From Eledone cirrhosa (lineage: Eukaryota): 64,000 nt of DNA. How positions within the stretch are numbered: the stretch's first letter is position 1; each line of letters starts with the position of its first letter. Positions 1 to 12,528 of this stretch are shown piece after piece. The stretch covers positions 223,262,001-223,326,000 of the forward strand of contig OZ024743.1 in assembly GCA_964016885.1 (NCBI GenBank), in the 5' to 3' direction. The position numbers were made by a program, and so were the translations under genes. The notes under the pieces are model-generated. The model did not search any database and was not told the DNA's origin. It worked only from the letters and a program-made list of their open reading frames with translations.

Positions 1-294
1 GGTGTCTTAATATTATTGAAATTTGCTGAAATTTTGTGAATAGGCATCATATCTTGTCATTTACCTATGGTTAAATTTCATATAAATCGAAGGGAAAACA
101 TTTTCAGCAGGGGTTTTCAGTGGGGGTTTGTGCCCCCGAAGAACCCTTTGATTAAAATGAAATATACTTATCCAAGTACCCTGGGCAATGTAGTTTCAGA
201 ATATATATGGTTATGGGGTCTATCTCCAAAACCATAGGAGGAGTTCGTGAACAAACAAACAAACTGAAAGGAACTACAACTTTATATATATAGA
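1..294 (-). mobile_element. Non-autonomous Helitron-like element, 5' part (continues left of window)
   Basis: Minus strand begins A|TCTATATATATAAAG followed by a (GTTT)n run, the same 5' layout as the complete element at 36068-37122. The 3' CTAG end is outside the window. Confidence 0.55.
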
Positions 295-342
295 TATTAT
301 ATATAGATATAAATAAACATATAAGTTATATCTGTATATATA

Positions 343-504
343 CAGAGTGGGTAACTGTGACTATACCAATATGTATATAAATTTACACATTTTTGTAAAC
401 ATGCCAGAAATCACAAATTTTTTATTTGTTGCATGTTAACATGTCTATATATTAAACATGTGTATATTAATATACACATAGAACAGTTTCAGTTACCCAC
501 TTTG
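343..504. mobile_element. Tc1/mariner-type MITE
   Basis: Inverted termini CAGAGTGGGTAACTG ... CAGTTACCCACTTTG with TA on both sides. Inverted symmetry continues about 20 bp into the flanks. Confidence 0.55.
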
Positions 505-555
505 TATATATACAAATATAACTTTATCATTTACTTTGGCTGCTTGGTGCACTTC

Positions 556-598
<43 letters not shown>

Positions 599-602
<4 letters not shown>

Positions 603-3600
603 TAAAATATAAAAGAGAAAACACAGGTAAGCATTAAGAGAAGGATTTTATCCAGGTATTTACGACCGTTTCATTGGTAAGTGCAACCTTATATTGCTAT
701 ACTGCAAATAGCAACCACTCAATTATAATTGTTGTTCACAGTCCAAATTGTCAAAATAGTGAGTAAGTTAATCTTGAAATAGTTCTTAATATATAGAGAA
801 AAACATTTTTTTTTTTTTTTGAATTGTATTTACTAGTATAGAGAGAGAGGAATTAGAAGGTGAGGGGACAAATGGAATAGTATAGAGAGAGAGGAAGGGG
901 GAAGAGTTAGGCAGTAGAGTGACAAACTGAGATGGAGGGAGGGGTAGAGGTGGAAGGATTCCTTGATCAGTTTTGATATGTAGACTTCATGTTGTGGAAT
1001 GTAGTGAGTTAAAGAGAATTAAATTGATCATAGTGGGAGAGAGGGATAGAGAGAGAGGGGGGGGGAGATATAAAGAGATAAATATATATATAAAAAATAA
1101 AGATAATAATGACAAAAATAAAAGCAAAGAAGGGGGGAGAAAGAAGAAAAGAAAAGATAACCAAAAAGGGGAGGGAAGGAAGGAAGAAAACAAAGAAATA
1201 GAAGAGGAATGAAGGAGAAGGGAGGGATATAGGTATTGGTATTTGTGGGTAATTAAAAGGGTTTAGATACAACAAGAGGGTATAAATATATGCAGTTTGT
1301 CAGTTGGTAGTAAGAGGTTAAGGGTTCGATTTGCACTTGTAGTGCGAAAACTTTTCTTTGAATCTATGGTTAGAATAAATTGATCTTTCGATTTTATTGT
1401 TGAGTAACTTATTCTTCGAACTCAAAATGTGGAACAGCTCAAGGTCACATAATCGACAGCTTCTCATACCACTCCGATATGGGGGCACGTTCAATAATTT
1501 TTTCCACTTCAGGGTGTATTGATGGTTACTTTCCCTCAGTTGCCAGGTCTTGTTTGCAAGGGTAGTTACATAACGATGCTAGGAATGTTTCATTGCGTAA
1601 CGGTGTGTATACCAACGGGCTTTAAATGTATTCCCAGTCACACAGTAGAAAATATATTTGGTATAACCCCATATTTAACACCTCTATTAGTACTAACCTA
1701 CCCTCTACCTTGGATTAGGACCTAACAGACGATGAGATAAAAAACATATTAGCTGCTAGGAAAACAATAATTAAATTTGAAAACGCCTATTGGGAATGTA
1801 AGAATAGATTAAATAACTTTGACATCACAATGGGGGCTAACGACTCGGCTCAAGTCACAGATTTAGTAGGTATTTACATAGCCCATAGTTTACAGAGTGA
1901 GTTTAGCGACCTTCACGGTGGAATCTACAGAGACGACGCCCTTCTCCTAGTTAAGAACCTAAATAACCAGAGTATAGAAAGACTCCGTAAGAATATTAGA
2001 AAGACTATCGGGAAACTAGGCCTTAGTATAACGTATGAGTATAGCACTAAAACAGTTAACTTTCTAGAAGCAACGCTTAACCTAAATACGGGACTTATAA
2101 GACCTTTTCATAAGATTAATGAAAACTTAGCATACATCAACTGTAACTCAAACCACCCACTATCCATAATTAAATCCATTCCACGTAGCATATCCCTTAG
2201 GATCTCCTGCCTCTCGTCTAACCGACAAATCTTCGAAGAACATGCAGAATACTAAAATACCGCATTAGACAAGGCAGGCCACTTAGATAGAGATGAAAGC
2301 CTCCGTAAAGCGCACATGAACATGCATAACACAAACTCCAGAAACACACGCATACACACATTTACGCATAGAACTGCAAAGTATACGGCAAATAGAAATC
2401 CAACATCGAAATCAAACAAGTCACGCAGTAGAAAATATATTTGGTATAACCCCATATTTAACACCTCTATTAGTACTAACCTACCCTCTACCTTCTTTAG
2501 AATAATAAATAAGCACTTTCCAGATTCACACAGATACAGCAAAATCCTTAACACTAAATCTATTAGACTATCCTACTCCACGGCACTAAATATAGAGGCA
2601 GACATGAAGATACTTAAGGCTAAAAAGATACATAACAACACCAGAACACAAATTTACAACAATAACAATACAATCACCATTGAACACAACAGAATATCTA
2701 ATACACAACCACCCACTAATAGGCAAACAAAATGTAACACACTTGTACAGGCATCGCAGCCCACCAATAAGGCCAAAGTTGCCCATGACAAGAATTGTAA
2801 CTGCCACCTACCTGAAACCTGTCCATTACATAATGAATGTATGCAGTCTAACCTGGTTTACCAAGGCACAGTGGAATCAGACAACCAGAAATGGTATTAC
2901 ATTGGAGCGACTGGGAATACATTTAAAGCCCGTTGGTATACACACCGTTATGCAATGAAACATTCCTAGCATCGTTATGTAACTACCCTTGCAAACAAGA
3001 CCTGGCAACTGAGGGAAAGTAACCCTGAAGTGGAAAAAATTATCGAACGCGCCCCCATATCGGAGTGGTATGAGAAGCTGTCGATTATGTGACCTTGAGC
3101 TGTTCCACATTTTGAGTTCGAAGAATAAGTTACTCAACAATAAAATCGAAAGATCAATTTATTCTAACCATAGACTCAAAGAGAAGTTTTCGCACTACAA
3201 GTGCAAATCGAACCCTTAACCTCTTACTACCAACTGACAAACTGCATATATTTATACCCTCTTGTTGTATCTAAACCCTTTAATTGCCCACAAAAACCAA
3301 TACCTACATCCCTCCCTTCTCCTTCATTCCTCTTCTATTTCTTTGTTTTCTTCCTTCCCTCCCTCCCCTTTTTGGCTATCTTTTCTTTTCTTCTTTCTCC
3401 CCCCTTCTTTGCTTTTATTTTTGTCAATATTATCTTTATTTTTTATATATATATTTATCTCTTTATATCTCCCCCCCTCTCTCTCTCTATCCCTCCCTCC
3501 CACTATGATCAATTTAATTCTCTTTAACTCACTACATTCCACAACATGAAGTCTACATATCAAAACTGATCAAGGAATCCTTCCACCTCTACCCCTCCCT

Positions 3601-4058
3601 CCATCTCAGTTTGTCACTCTACTTCCTAACTCTTCCCCCTTCCTCTCTCTCTATACTATTCCGTTTGTCCCCTCACCTTCTAATTCCTCTCTCTCTATAC
3701 TAGTAAATACAATTAATAAAAAAAAAAAAAATGTTTTTCTATATATATTAAGAACTATTTCAAGATTAACTTACTCACTATTTTGACAATTTGGACTGTG
3801 AACAACAATTATAATTGAGTGGCTGCTATTTGCAGTATAGCAATATAAGGTTGCACTTACCAATGAAATGGTCATAAATACCTGGATAAAATCCTTCTCT
3901 TAATGCTTACCTGTGTTTTCTCTTTTATATTTTATACTTCAAGATTGAACGGAATTCTTACAAACTTGTGGAGTTACCCCTAACTGTACGTTGAAACCAT
4001 GTATGAAACTGGCTTTCTTAACCACGAACTGGATCACAATAAGCAATTTTCTGCTTCC

Positions 4059-4062
<4 letters not shown>
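599..4062 (+). mobile_element. Penelope-like element (Naiad-like), 5'-truncated, with a ~1.04 kb inverted copy of its 3' end at the 5' side
   Basis: ORF pieces 1830-2255 (RT: MGANDSAQVTDLVG, YRDD) and 2316-2969 (IWYNP, CNCxxxxxCPL, LVY...YIG GIY-YIG). 599-1639 is the reverse complement of 2909-3938. (TA)n on both sides. Confidence 0.92.
1712..3219 (+). pseudogene. Disrupted PLE RT-GIY-YIG ORF
   Basis: RT and GIY-YIG motifs broken by stops (2253-2255, 2967-2969) and an 11-bp deletion near 3023 relative to the inverted copy. Confidence 0.85.
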
Positions 4063-4115
<53 letters not shown>

Positions 4116-4165
4116 TATAGAATAGAAAACGAAAAATCAGTGATGCATCGAAACTCAATTTATTG

Positions 4166-4255
4166 CGTATTACAATTGTTTCCCCGGCGAACAGCTCGAG
4201 GTGCGATCTGTGTGTGGGTCGACCAGACTCTGGATTCGCAGGTTCCTCAGACACG
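4166..4255 (-). ncRNA. Type I hammerhead ribozyme motif (minimal, palindromic stem III)
   Basis: Minus strand: CGTGT-CTGAGGA-ACCTGCGAAT...GTTCGCCGGG-GAA-ACAATTGT-A|ATACG. Stem I CGTGT/ATACG, stem III palindrome ACAATTGT, GUA triplet, predicted cut between 4171 and 4170. Confidence 0.8.
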
Positions 4256-4300
4256 TCTACTGATTTCAGAGCAGATCCTCTTTCTGTATATATATATATA

Positions 4301-7300
4301 GTCCATTCATCAATCTGTATCATTTATCCCAGAATCCAATCCTTGTTGCTTTTCTATTCGATAATTCTAGCTTATTTTTCAAAACAAATCTTGTATTTTA
4401 ATGCTTGTTAAATTATGCCCAAAATACGGGGATCTTATTTAAACCTTAACCTTCTCACTAACTACCCCATCACACTCCCCCCCCCCATGCACCACCATTA
4501 TTACTTGGGCCAATCATAAGTCAGCGGCCTATGCTATCACTTACCTGGTTGCCTTTCGATATGATGGATGGACTACGGAATTCTGGAGAGTTTGAAAAGA
4601 AAAAATCTGGACACTCAGTGACAATGCCAAAGATAAAGACAAATTCACCTCATGCTGCCGGACGAGAATGCAAGGACTCCTCCTCCTTGTTTCGGCCGTG
4701 GATGGCTAACATAACCCACCCCCCTTCGCCCCACCACTCCCACCCTCCAAATGCAATCCAAAACTTCAGAATTGGTACCATGAATGTAGGCACCTTAAAG
4801 GGTCGCTCTAACGAGGTTGTAGAAATGCTTGAACGTAAGGAGGTCGATGTTTGTTGTATTCAAGAGACCAGGTGGAGGGGTGGGTCTGTTAGATTCATTG
4901 TGGGTAAAGAACGTTGTTATAAGCTTTTCTGGGTGGGAAATGACAATGGGCTGGGTGGAGTAGGAATCATGGTAGCAGAAAAGTGGGCAGATAAGATAAT
5001 AGACGTAAATAGAGTAAACGACAGAATAATTAAAATAAGACTTGTCCTCAATAGAACTACTGTGACAGTAATATCTGCATATGCACCACAATCCGGACTG
5101 CCTGGCGTTTTAAAAGACAGATTCTATGAGACGTTAATGCTCACTACCTCCCAAATAACCGACAGTGACTACATAGTTATCGCTGGCGACCTAAATGGTC
5201 ACGTTGGACAACATTGTGACGGCTATGACGGAATCCATGGAGGTATGGGTTTGGTACTAGAAATGAGGAAGGCTCCAGAATCCTGGAATTCTGTGACGCA
5301 AATAACCTAACTATCTGTAACACTAACTTCAAAAAACGAGACAATCATTTGATCACCTATAGATCGGGGGAACACACAAGCCAGGTAGATTATATCCTTA
5401 CCAGGAGACGTGACAGAGTGTCTGTTGTAAACACTAAATCCCTCCCCCATGATGAATGCACCTCTCAACATAGACTCATAATTAGCGACCTCATAGTCAG
5501 GACGAGACGTACTCGACAACAGAAGAGGACTATCCTCAGGAGAAAAATATGGAAGTTAAAAGACCCCACAGCCAGTAATAAATTTAAAAGCATATTACTT
5601 GATCTTTTGATAGTAAGGAAGAGCAATTAGAGTCGTACAATATAGAGGAACAGTGGGAATTCCTGAAGGCAACAGATGAAACCTGTGGCTGGAGCAGACC
5701 TATAGGCAGGAGGAGAGTAACTTGGTGGTGGAACAGTAAGGTGGAGGGCTCAATCAAGGCCAAAAAGCAGGCTTGGAAAGCATGGCGGGATGGGGGAAGT
5801 AGAGAAGACTATCAAGTGGCCAGGAGGGAAGCTAGGAGACAAGTGTACTTTGTAAGAAGGGAAGCAGAGGAAAGAAAATTCAAGCATGTTCTACAATGCG
5901 AGGACCAAAAACGTGAGGTGTTCAGGATTGCTAGGCAATGTGTCAAGGAAAACAGTGATATTGTCGGGGAGAAGTGTGTCCTTAATGATGATGGTGTACT
6001 TGCCATCACTGACGCTGATAAGAAGGTAGCTTGGAAGTGTCACTACGAAAGGCTACTAAATGAGGAGAATAATTGGGAGAAAGACAGTCTCCCCCACATC
6101 GACCCAATAGAGGGACCAGCAGTGCAAGTTGAAGGTAGTATAATAAGTAAGGCGATCAAAGACATGAAGACGGGCAAGGCGGCCGAGCCTTCGGAAATAG
6201 TTGCTGAAATGCTGAAAGCATCTGGAACGGTTGGACACACTATGGTCACTCGGATAGTAAACCAAGTCATACAGAATGGGGTCGTTCCGAAGGACTGGCG
6301 CAGCATCATCATCATTAACTGCTACAAGGGTAAAGGTGATGCCCTAGATAGGGGAAACTATAGAGGCATTAAATTAATTGACCAGGTAATGAATGTCACA
6401 GAAAAAGTAATAGCGCAACTAATCAGAGAGCGAATTGATCTAGACGAAATTCAGTTCGGGTTTGTGTCAGGTAAAAGTACAACAGACGCTCTCTTAATTG
6501 TACGACAACTAGAGGAGAAGTACCTAGCTAAAAGTAAACCCCTATACTTAGCCTTTGACAGAGTAGCCCGCTCGATTATCTGGTGGGCCCTTAGAAAACT
6601 AGGTGTTGATGAATGGCTTGTGAGAGCTATACAAGCCATGTATAAAGAAACAGTCAGCAAGGTTAGAATTAACAACGAATATAGTGAAGAGTTTAGCATA
6701 AAAGTTGGTGTTCATCAGGGCTCCGTCCTTAGCCCCCTACTATTTATTATTGCCCTTCAGGCTATAACAGAGGAGTTCAAGACCGGCTGCCCATGGGAAC
6801 TCCTATACGCAGATGATCTAACGCTTATAGCTGAATCAATGGCCGAACTAGAGAAGAAATTCCAAACATGGAAGCATGGCCTAGAATCAAAAGGCCTTAA
6901 AGTTAACTTGTCTAAGACTAAAGTTCTAGTTTGTAGGAAGGAAAATAGGGCACCGGTCCCATCTGGGAAATGGCCATGCTCAGTGTGTAGGAAAGGAGTA
7001 GGCAGAAACTCCATTTTATGTCCCAAATGCAAAGTATGGGTGTATAAAAGATGTAGTGGGATCACAGGTAAGCTAACTAAGAATATAGATTTTATATGTG
7101 GCCGGTGCTCTGGTGCAATAAGTAGCAGCAACTGCCCACAGAATACTAGCTCATTCCATTGCACAGAGGGTTCTATAGAAATAGTGGACACCTTCCATTA
7201 CCTGGGTGACAAAATCAGCAGTGGGGGAGGGTGCTCTGAAAGTACAGTAGCTAGAGTCGGAACGGGATGGAAAAAGTTCAGAAAGCTTATACCACTATTG

Positions 7301-8285
7301 GCCGCTAAAGGGTTCTCTCTAAAAATGAAAGGCAGGCTGTATGATGCCTGCATACGAACAGCAATGTTACATGGCAGTGAGACCTGGGCATTGTGTGCAG
7401 AGGATATACGCAGACTGGAGAGAAACGAAGCCTGCATGCTCCGCTGGATGTGTAATAGTAATATACATGAACGGCAAAGCATAAACGAACTAAGGGAGAA
7501 ATTAGTAATAAGAGGGATCAGATGTTGTTTACTCGAGAGAAGACTACGTTGGTACGGTCACGTGATGCGCATGAAAGATGACAGCTGTATAAAAAAGTGC
7601 AGGGCGATAAAAATTAATGGAAGCTACGGAGTAGGCAGACCCAGAAAAACCTGGGACGATTTGATAAATTCCGACCTTACGCACTTGCACCTCTCTAAGA
7701 CAATGTCACTGGACTGAGATCTATGGCGCTACGCAATAATACAGAAGACCCGCCTTACCTAAGTACAAAGCGAAACCTACAGTCAGTAGGCAACTCTAAC
7801 AAAATACATCCCCGTCCCACTACCCCTACCCCCATCCACACCACCCCCTTAAATGTGAAGTTATGTTGGTACCACAGCATCAAGTCCGAAACAAATGAGG
7901 TCGTGTAGGTGTCACAACAAAAAAAAACACACACAGTCCACGCTGTAATGTGGCCGTGTAGGTAACACGGTAAAAACCTCCCAGTACACACTGTAAACGT
8001 GGTTGGTGTTGGAAGGGCAACCAGCCTTAGAAAACCTGCCAGACGTGTAGGTGTCACAACAATAAAACACAGTCCACACTGTAATGTGGCCGTGTAGGTA
8101 ACACGGTAAAAACCTCCCAGTCCACACTGTAAACGTGGTTGGTGTTAGGAAGGGCATCCCGCCGTAGAAAACCCGCCAGACAGTCCTGAGCAAGACAACC
8201 AATCTTGCCTCAAGTGGGACAATTCCCGTCCAGACCATGCTAGCGTGGAAAATGGACATTAAACGATGATGATGATGGTGATGAT
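4301..8285 (+). mobile_element. RTE-clade LINE, near full length (APE endonuclease + RT), frameshifted; subfamily A
   Basis: APE motifs (GTMNV, IQETRW, AYAPQ, GDLNGH, VDY) in 4531-5630; RT (QFGF, GVHQGSVLSP, YADD) in 5741-7717; 3' UTR ends in (GAT)n. 5' boundary uncertain (4301 to about 4450). Confidence 0.93.
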
Positions 8286-8287
8286 AT

Positions 8288-10448
8288 ATCATCATCACCG
8301 TTTTACGTCCGTTCTTCCACGCTAGCATGGGTTAGACGGGTTGTCCTGTTGTGGGCAGTGTCTGGTCGTCTGACCATGCCTTGCTCATACAGGAACTGAT
8401 TTGGCTTGATTTCTACAGCTGGATGCCCTTCCTAACACCAACCACATTTACAGTGAGTGCTGGGTGCTTTTTTGCCGTGGCACCTCCACGACCACCTTGC
8501 AGTGGGGAGTGTGGGGCATATTGTCTATATGCTTCAGCTTGTACCCATGGGAGGTCGGGTACTCTGTATTACTGCGTGACGCCAGAAGTCACGGTCGTGT
8601 GTCATTGCCTTTGAGAGGTGTAATTGGGTAAGGTCGGCTTTTATCACCTCATCCCAGGTCATCTTGGGTCTCCCCACTCCGCGGTTTCCATCAACTTCTA
8701 GTGCTCTGTACCTTTTTATGCAGCTGTCATCCTTCATACGCATCACATGTCCATACCAGCGCAACCGCCTCTCCTGCACACAGCATTTGATTCCTCTTAT
8801 GCTCAGTCTCTCTCTCAATTCATTTATGCTTTGTCGTTCACGTATATTACTGTTACACATCCATCGGAGCATGCAGGCTTCGTTTCTCTCTAATCTACGT
8901 AAGTCTTCCACCTTCAGCGCCCAGGTCTCACTACCATGCAACATTGCTGTTCAGATACACGCATCATACAGTCTGCCTTTCATTCTGAGGGAGAAGCCTT
9001 TTGCAGCTAGCAGTGTTAGTAGTTCCCTAAACTTCTTCCATCCCGTTCTTACCCTAGTTATTGTACTTTCTGAACACCCACCTCCGCTGCTAATTCGGTC
9101 ACCTAGGTAGCAGAAGCTGTCTACTGTTTCTACAGAGCCCTCCCAGAGATTGGTGGTACTTGTTTCCTGTGGCTGTTTGCTGCTTGCTGTCTCAGCACAG
9201 CTGCTGCATGTGAAGCCTACATTCTTAATTAAGCTTCCTGAGATCCCGCTACATCTCTTGTGTACCCATTGTTTGCATTTGGGGCAGAGAATGGAGTTCC
9301 TACCTACACCTTTCCTACATACTGAGCAAGGCCATTTCCCTGAGGGGATCTGGGTTCTGTTTTCTCGTCTACTTACAAGGACCTTAGTCTTTGTCATGTT
9401 GACTTTGAGACCCTTTCTTTCTAGTCCCTGCTTCCAAGTTTGGAATTTATTCTCTAGTTCTACCATATATTCAGCTATGAGTACGAGGTCATCAGCATAC
9501 AGGAGTTCCCATGGGCATCCGGTCTTAAACTCCTCCGTTATTGCCTGCAGGACTATGATGAACAGGAGGAGGCTAAGAACAGAGCCCTGGTGGACCCCAA
9601 CCTGTACACTAAATTCCTCGCTATACTCATTGCTAATCCTAACTTTGCTGACTGCTCCCCTATACATGGCTTGTACCGCTTTCACAAGCCATTCATCTAC
9701 TTCTAGTTTTCTAAGAGCCCACCAGATTACAGCACGTGGAACTCTGTCAAAGGCTTTCTCAAGGTTGACAAATGCCAAGTAGAGTGGCTTACTTTTAGCT
9801 AGGTACTTTTCCTGTAATTGCCTCACAAGGAAGAGGGCATCAGTGGTGCCTCTTCCTGGTACAAACCCAAATTGCGTCTCGTCTATTTTCACCCGGTCCC
9901 TAATCAACTGTGCTATAACTCTTTCTGTTACTTTCATGACCTGGTCCATCAACTTTATACCTCTATAGTTTCCTCTATCTAGTGCATCGCCTTTACCTTT
10001 GTAGCAGTTGACAATGATGCTACTGCACCAATCTTTTGGTATGGCACCTTCTAGTATTACCTGGTTAACAATACGTGTGGTTATAGTGTGATCTACAGAC
10101 CCAGATGCCTTCAGCATCTCGGCAGCTATACCCGATGGACCGGTTGCCTTCCCCATCTTCATATCTTTGATTGCCTTACTTACTACGCTGCTGCTGACTT
10201 GTACTGCTGGTTCCTCTATAGGGTCTACTTGGGGTAGGGTCTCTTCTTCCCATGCATTCTCCTCATTTAGTAATCTACCATAATGACTCTTCCATGCATC
10301 TTTCTTCTCAGCACTTGTGAGGGCAAGCTCACCTTTATCATTCTGGATACACTTCTCTCCAATGACATCACAACTATCTCTGACACACTGCCTCGCAATC
10401 TTGAATACCTCCTGTTTCTGGTCCTCACGTTGCAAAACATGCTTGAAT
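8288..10448 (-). mobile_element. RTE-clade LINE, 5'-truncated; subfamily B
   Basis: RT ORF pieces 8951-10448 and 8534-8944 (YADD, GVHQGSVL, RRLRWYGHV). (CAT)n tail at left, tail-to-tail with the previous copy; 5' end abuts (TA)n. Confidence 0.93.
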
Positions 10449-10751
10449 TGTATATATATATATATATAATAAGGATTTAGATTGACATATACAATGTTTT
10501 TGATCTCATTGCTTACAACACGCTCAATGGAACATTTCAGAGCAGATATATACATTAAATTGTTGTAAGGCAATATTCCAAGGCAAGAACCCTTGCAGGA
10601 AAACCCGAGAAAAATTAATGATTCAACAACTTAATATAAGTATAACTTAATATAGGAAAACATTAAAGTACACACAATTTCAAATCATTTGAATAAATCA
10701 GTATCTTCATTGTTTAAGAAAGCTGCTAGAATACATACATCTTTGAATGGT

Positions 10752-10833
10752 TTGTATGGTACCATTTCGGGGTTACGAGGAAATCTGCAAACCAAAATTT
10801 AACAAATTCTGGACTATTAGCCCTCATCAGCAA
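10752..10833 (-). ncRNA. Type I hammerhead ribozyme motif (palindromic stem III, weak stem I)
   Basis: Minus strand: TTG-CTGATGA-GGG...CCC-GAA-ATGGTACCAT-A|CAA. Perfect 10-nt palindrome as stem III, AUA triplet, only about 3 bp of stem I. Lies about 290 bp from a (TA)n run. Confidence 0.62.
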
Positions 10834-11557
10834 TTGAGTCCATAAGGGAATGAATTGTGGAATAGAGTTAAGATGAGACAGTGGCTAGATAGTAAAGGCG
10901 TTGGCTGATGCTTGCAAGCAGTTGGTATGGACATGTATTGTAAATGGATCATATCTTCTTGGTACAAAAATACTTAACTCTAAACATCCTGTAATCAGTT
11001 AGCAGAAAGTATCTAAGAATAGGTTAGTTAATTCAAATCTTTGTAATATCTTTATAAGTGAACAAATCTTTGTGAAAATTTGTAATTTTAGAGTAAAGAT
11101 ATTAATTTTTAATGTGATGCAGTCATAGCACTGTTACAGTTGCTGTGCCATTTTTTTCAGTAGAATGACTATTTTTTTAAACAAACATTTATTAACAACA
11201 CATATCTGAATGATTGACAAACGTCACATCAATAAACTAGTAACCCCATCTAGCTTTGAAGTTATGAACTGTTGGAAATGAGTTCAAATATGTTAAGACA
11301 AGTTATCTTGTCTGCGGCACTGGAATGCATAAATGTTAGGACGAGTTATCTCGTCTATGTCACTGAAGAAGTTAAAGAATGTCTTGCTATCGTAGTTTCA
11401 TGTGGACATTCATAGTCAATCTGGAATAAAATACTGATTCACCAGCAGTGTTTGTTTTTGAAACTATCTAAACTATAATAAAGTAAGAAGCACGAGACTG
11501 CGTATGGTTTATAATTGTTATCCCCTTAGTAAAATAAGTTGGATTACTTTGAATAAA

Positions 11558-11737
11558 TAATTGTTTCTACTTTTGGCACAAGGCCATAAATTACCCAGTG
11601 CATTACTGGTACTTTATTTTATCGACCCCGTAAGGATGAAAGGCAAAGTTAACCTTGGCGCGATTTAAACTCAGAATGGCAAGGGCCGTAACTTTATGCA
11701 TCAAAGCATGGCGTCCGACCCTATACCGATACTGCCA
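11558..11737 (-). mobile_element. tRNA-derived SINE, family 1 (central CCTTTCATCCTTACGGGGTCGATAAA domain, MetaSINE-like)
   Basis: Similar to copies at 13438, 25908, 29958, 31629, 36474 and 38299; B-box-like GAGTT(C/T)AAATC. Confidence 0.8.
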
Positions 11738-12528
11738 AAATAAATATTACATAATTTATCTACTAAATTTTGTGGCTGTTCATTAAATATATTTTATTAC
11801 TTATTTAAAGATTCACTTCTTTAAAATTTTCAAATGTCAACACTTCCGGTTAGCGATCATTTAAATAAATATTCATATATGTCTGTCACTAATTTTCTCC
11901 TAATGCAGTTTATATATAATATCGTTTTTTTTAATGTATCATGGATTACGTTACTGATTACATAAGACAGTGTAACACAGTCTTCGTTCAATTTCTGTAT
12001 ATATTGTCAATTACGATTTTATTTGATGTAGCATATCTACATGCATATATACTTGCATATAATATCAATATACACACTACACATGCTAGCAGAAAACCAA
12101 ACCTATAGATTTTAGCCATCACTGCATGTGTTAACTACTAAACCACCCTCTTCCCCAGTGAAACTTAGTGATATTGACATTAAATACAACTTCACAGTGA
12201 TCAGATAAGAGTTAGGTAAACAATTGCTAATGAAAACATAACATTACAAACTATAGTCCAGCTCTCCAGTGTATCTATGCAATTTCAATAAGTTTTATAC
12301 ATGCAGTGACAATCTAAAATCTATAAGCAAAAGGTGACAAATTGTTTGGTGAAGTGCATATTCATATAAAGTGGCCTTATTTTCTGATTAGTGCTTATCT
12401 TAGTGACCTTGGTGCAATGAGATGTAATGTGAACATTAGCTGTCCAAGAACAACAACAATAACAACAGCAATTACTTTAACACTTTTGTAACTATTTCTA
12501 ATGAAAACAATCTATTTCAATTGTTTAA

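Noticed and set aside
973-1275. Hydrophobic and Lys/Glu-rich short ORFs, mirrored at 3201-3563
   Set aside because: Purine/pyrimidine-skewed PLE 3' region read in both inverted arms; no protein features.
2790-2845. Selenocysteine recoding, reported for some Naiad PLEs
   Set aside because: The Cys motifs here use normal Cys codons, the breaks I could read are TAA/TAG or frameshifts rather than in-frame TGA, and no SECIS was recognised.
3790-3885. Possible hammerhead in PLE 1 terminal region (GAAACGGTC in the left arm, long hairpin upstream)
   Set aside because: No CUGANGA at the required position and no convincing stem I in either arm.
9150-9782. Antisense ORFs over RTE copies (also 17022-17633, 59675-60175, 6757-7191)
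   Set aside because: Shadow frames of the RT coding strand that recur only because the copies are near-identical.
10449-10573. N-terminal extension of the 540-aa RT ORF (and likewise of 16406-17623)
   Set aside because: Chance read-through across (TA)n beyond the LINE truncation point.
10740-10785. AG/GT-bounded 46-nt candidate FBXO16 exon 5
   Set aside because: In the phase required by exon 4 it hits a stop after three codons, and it overlaps the hammerhead motif.
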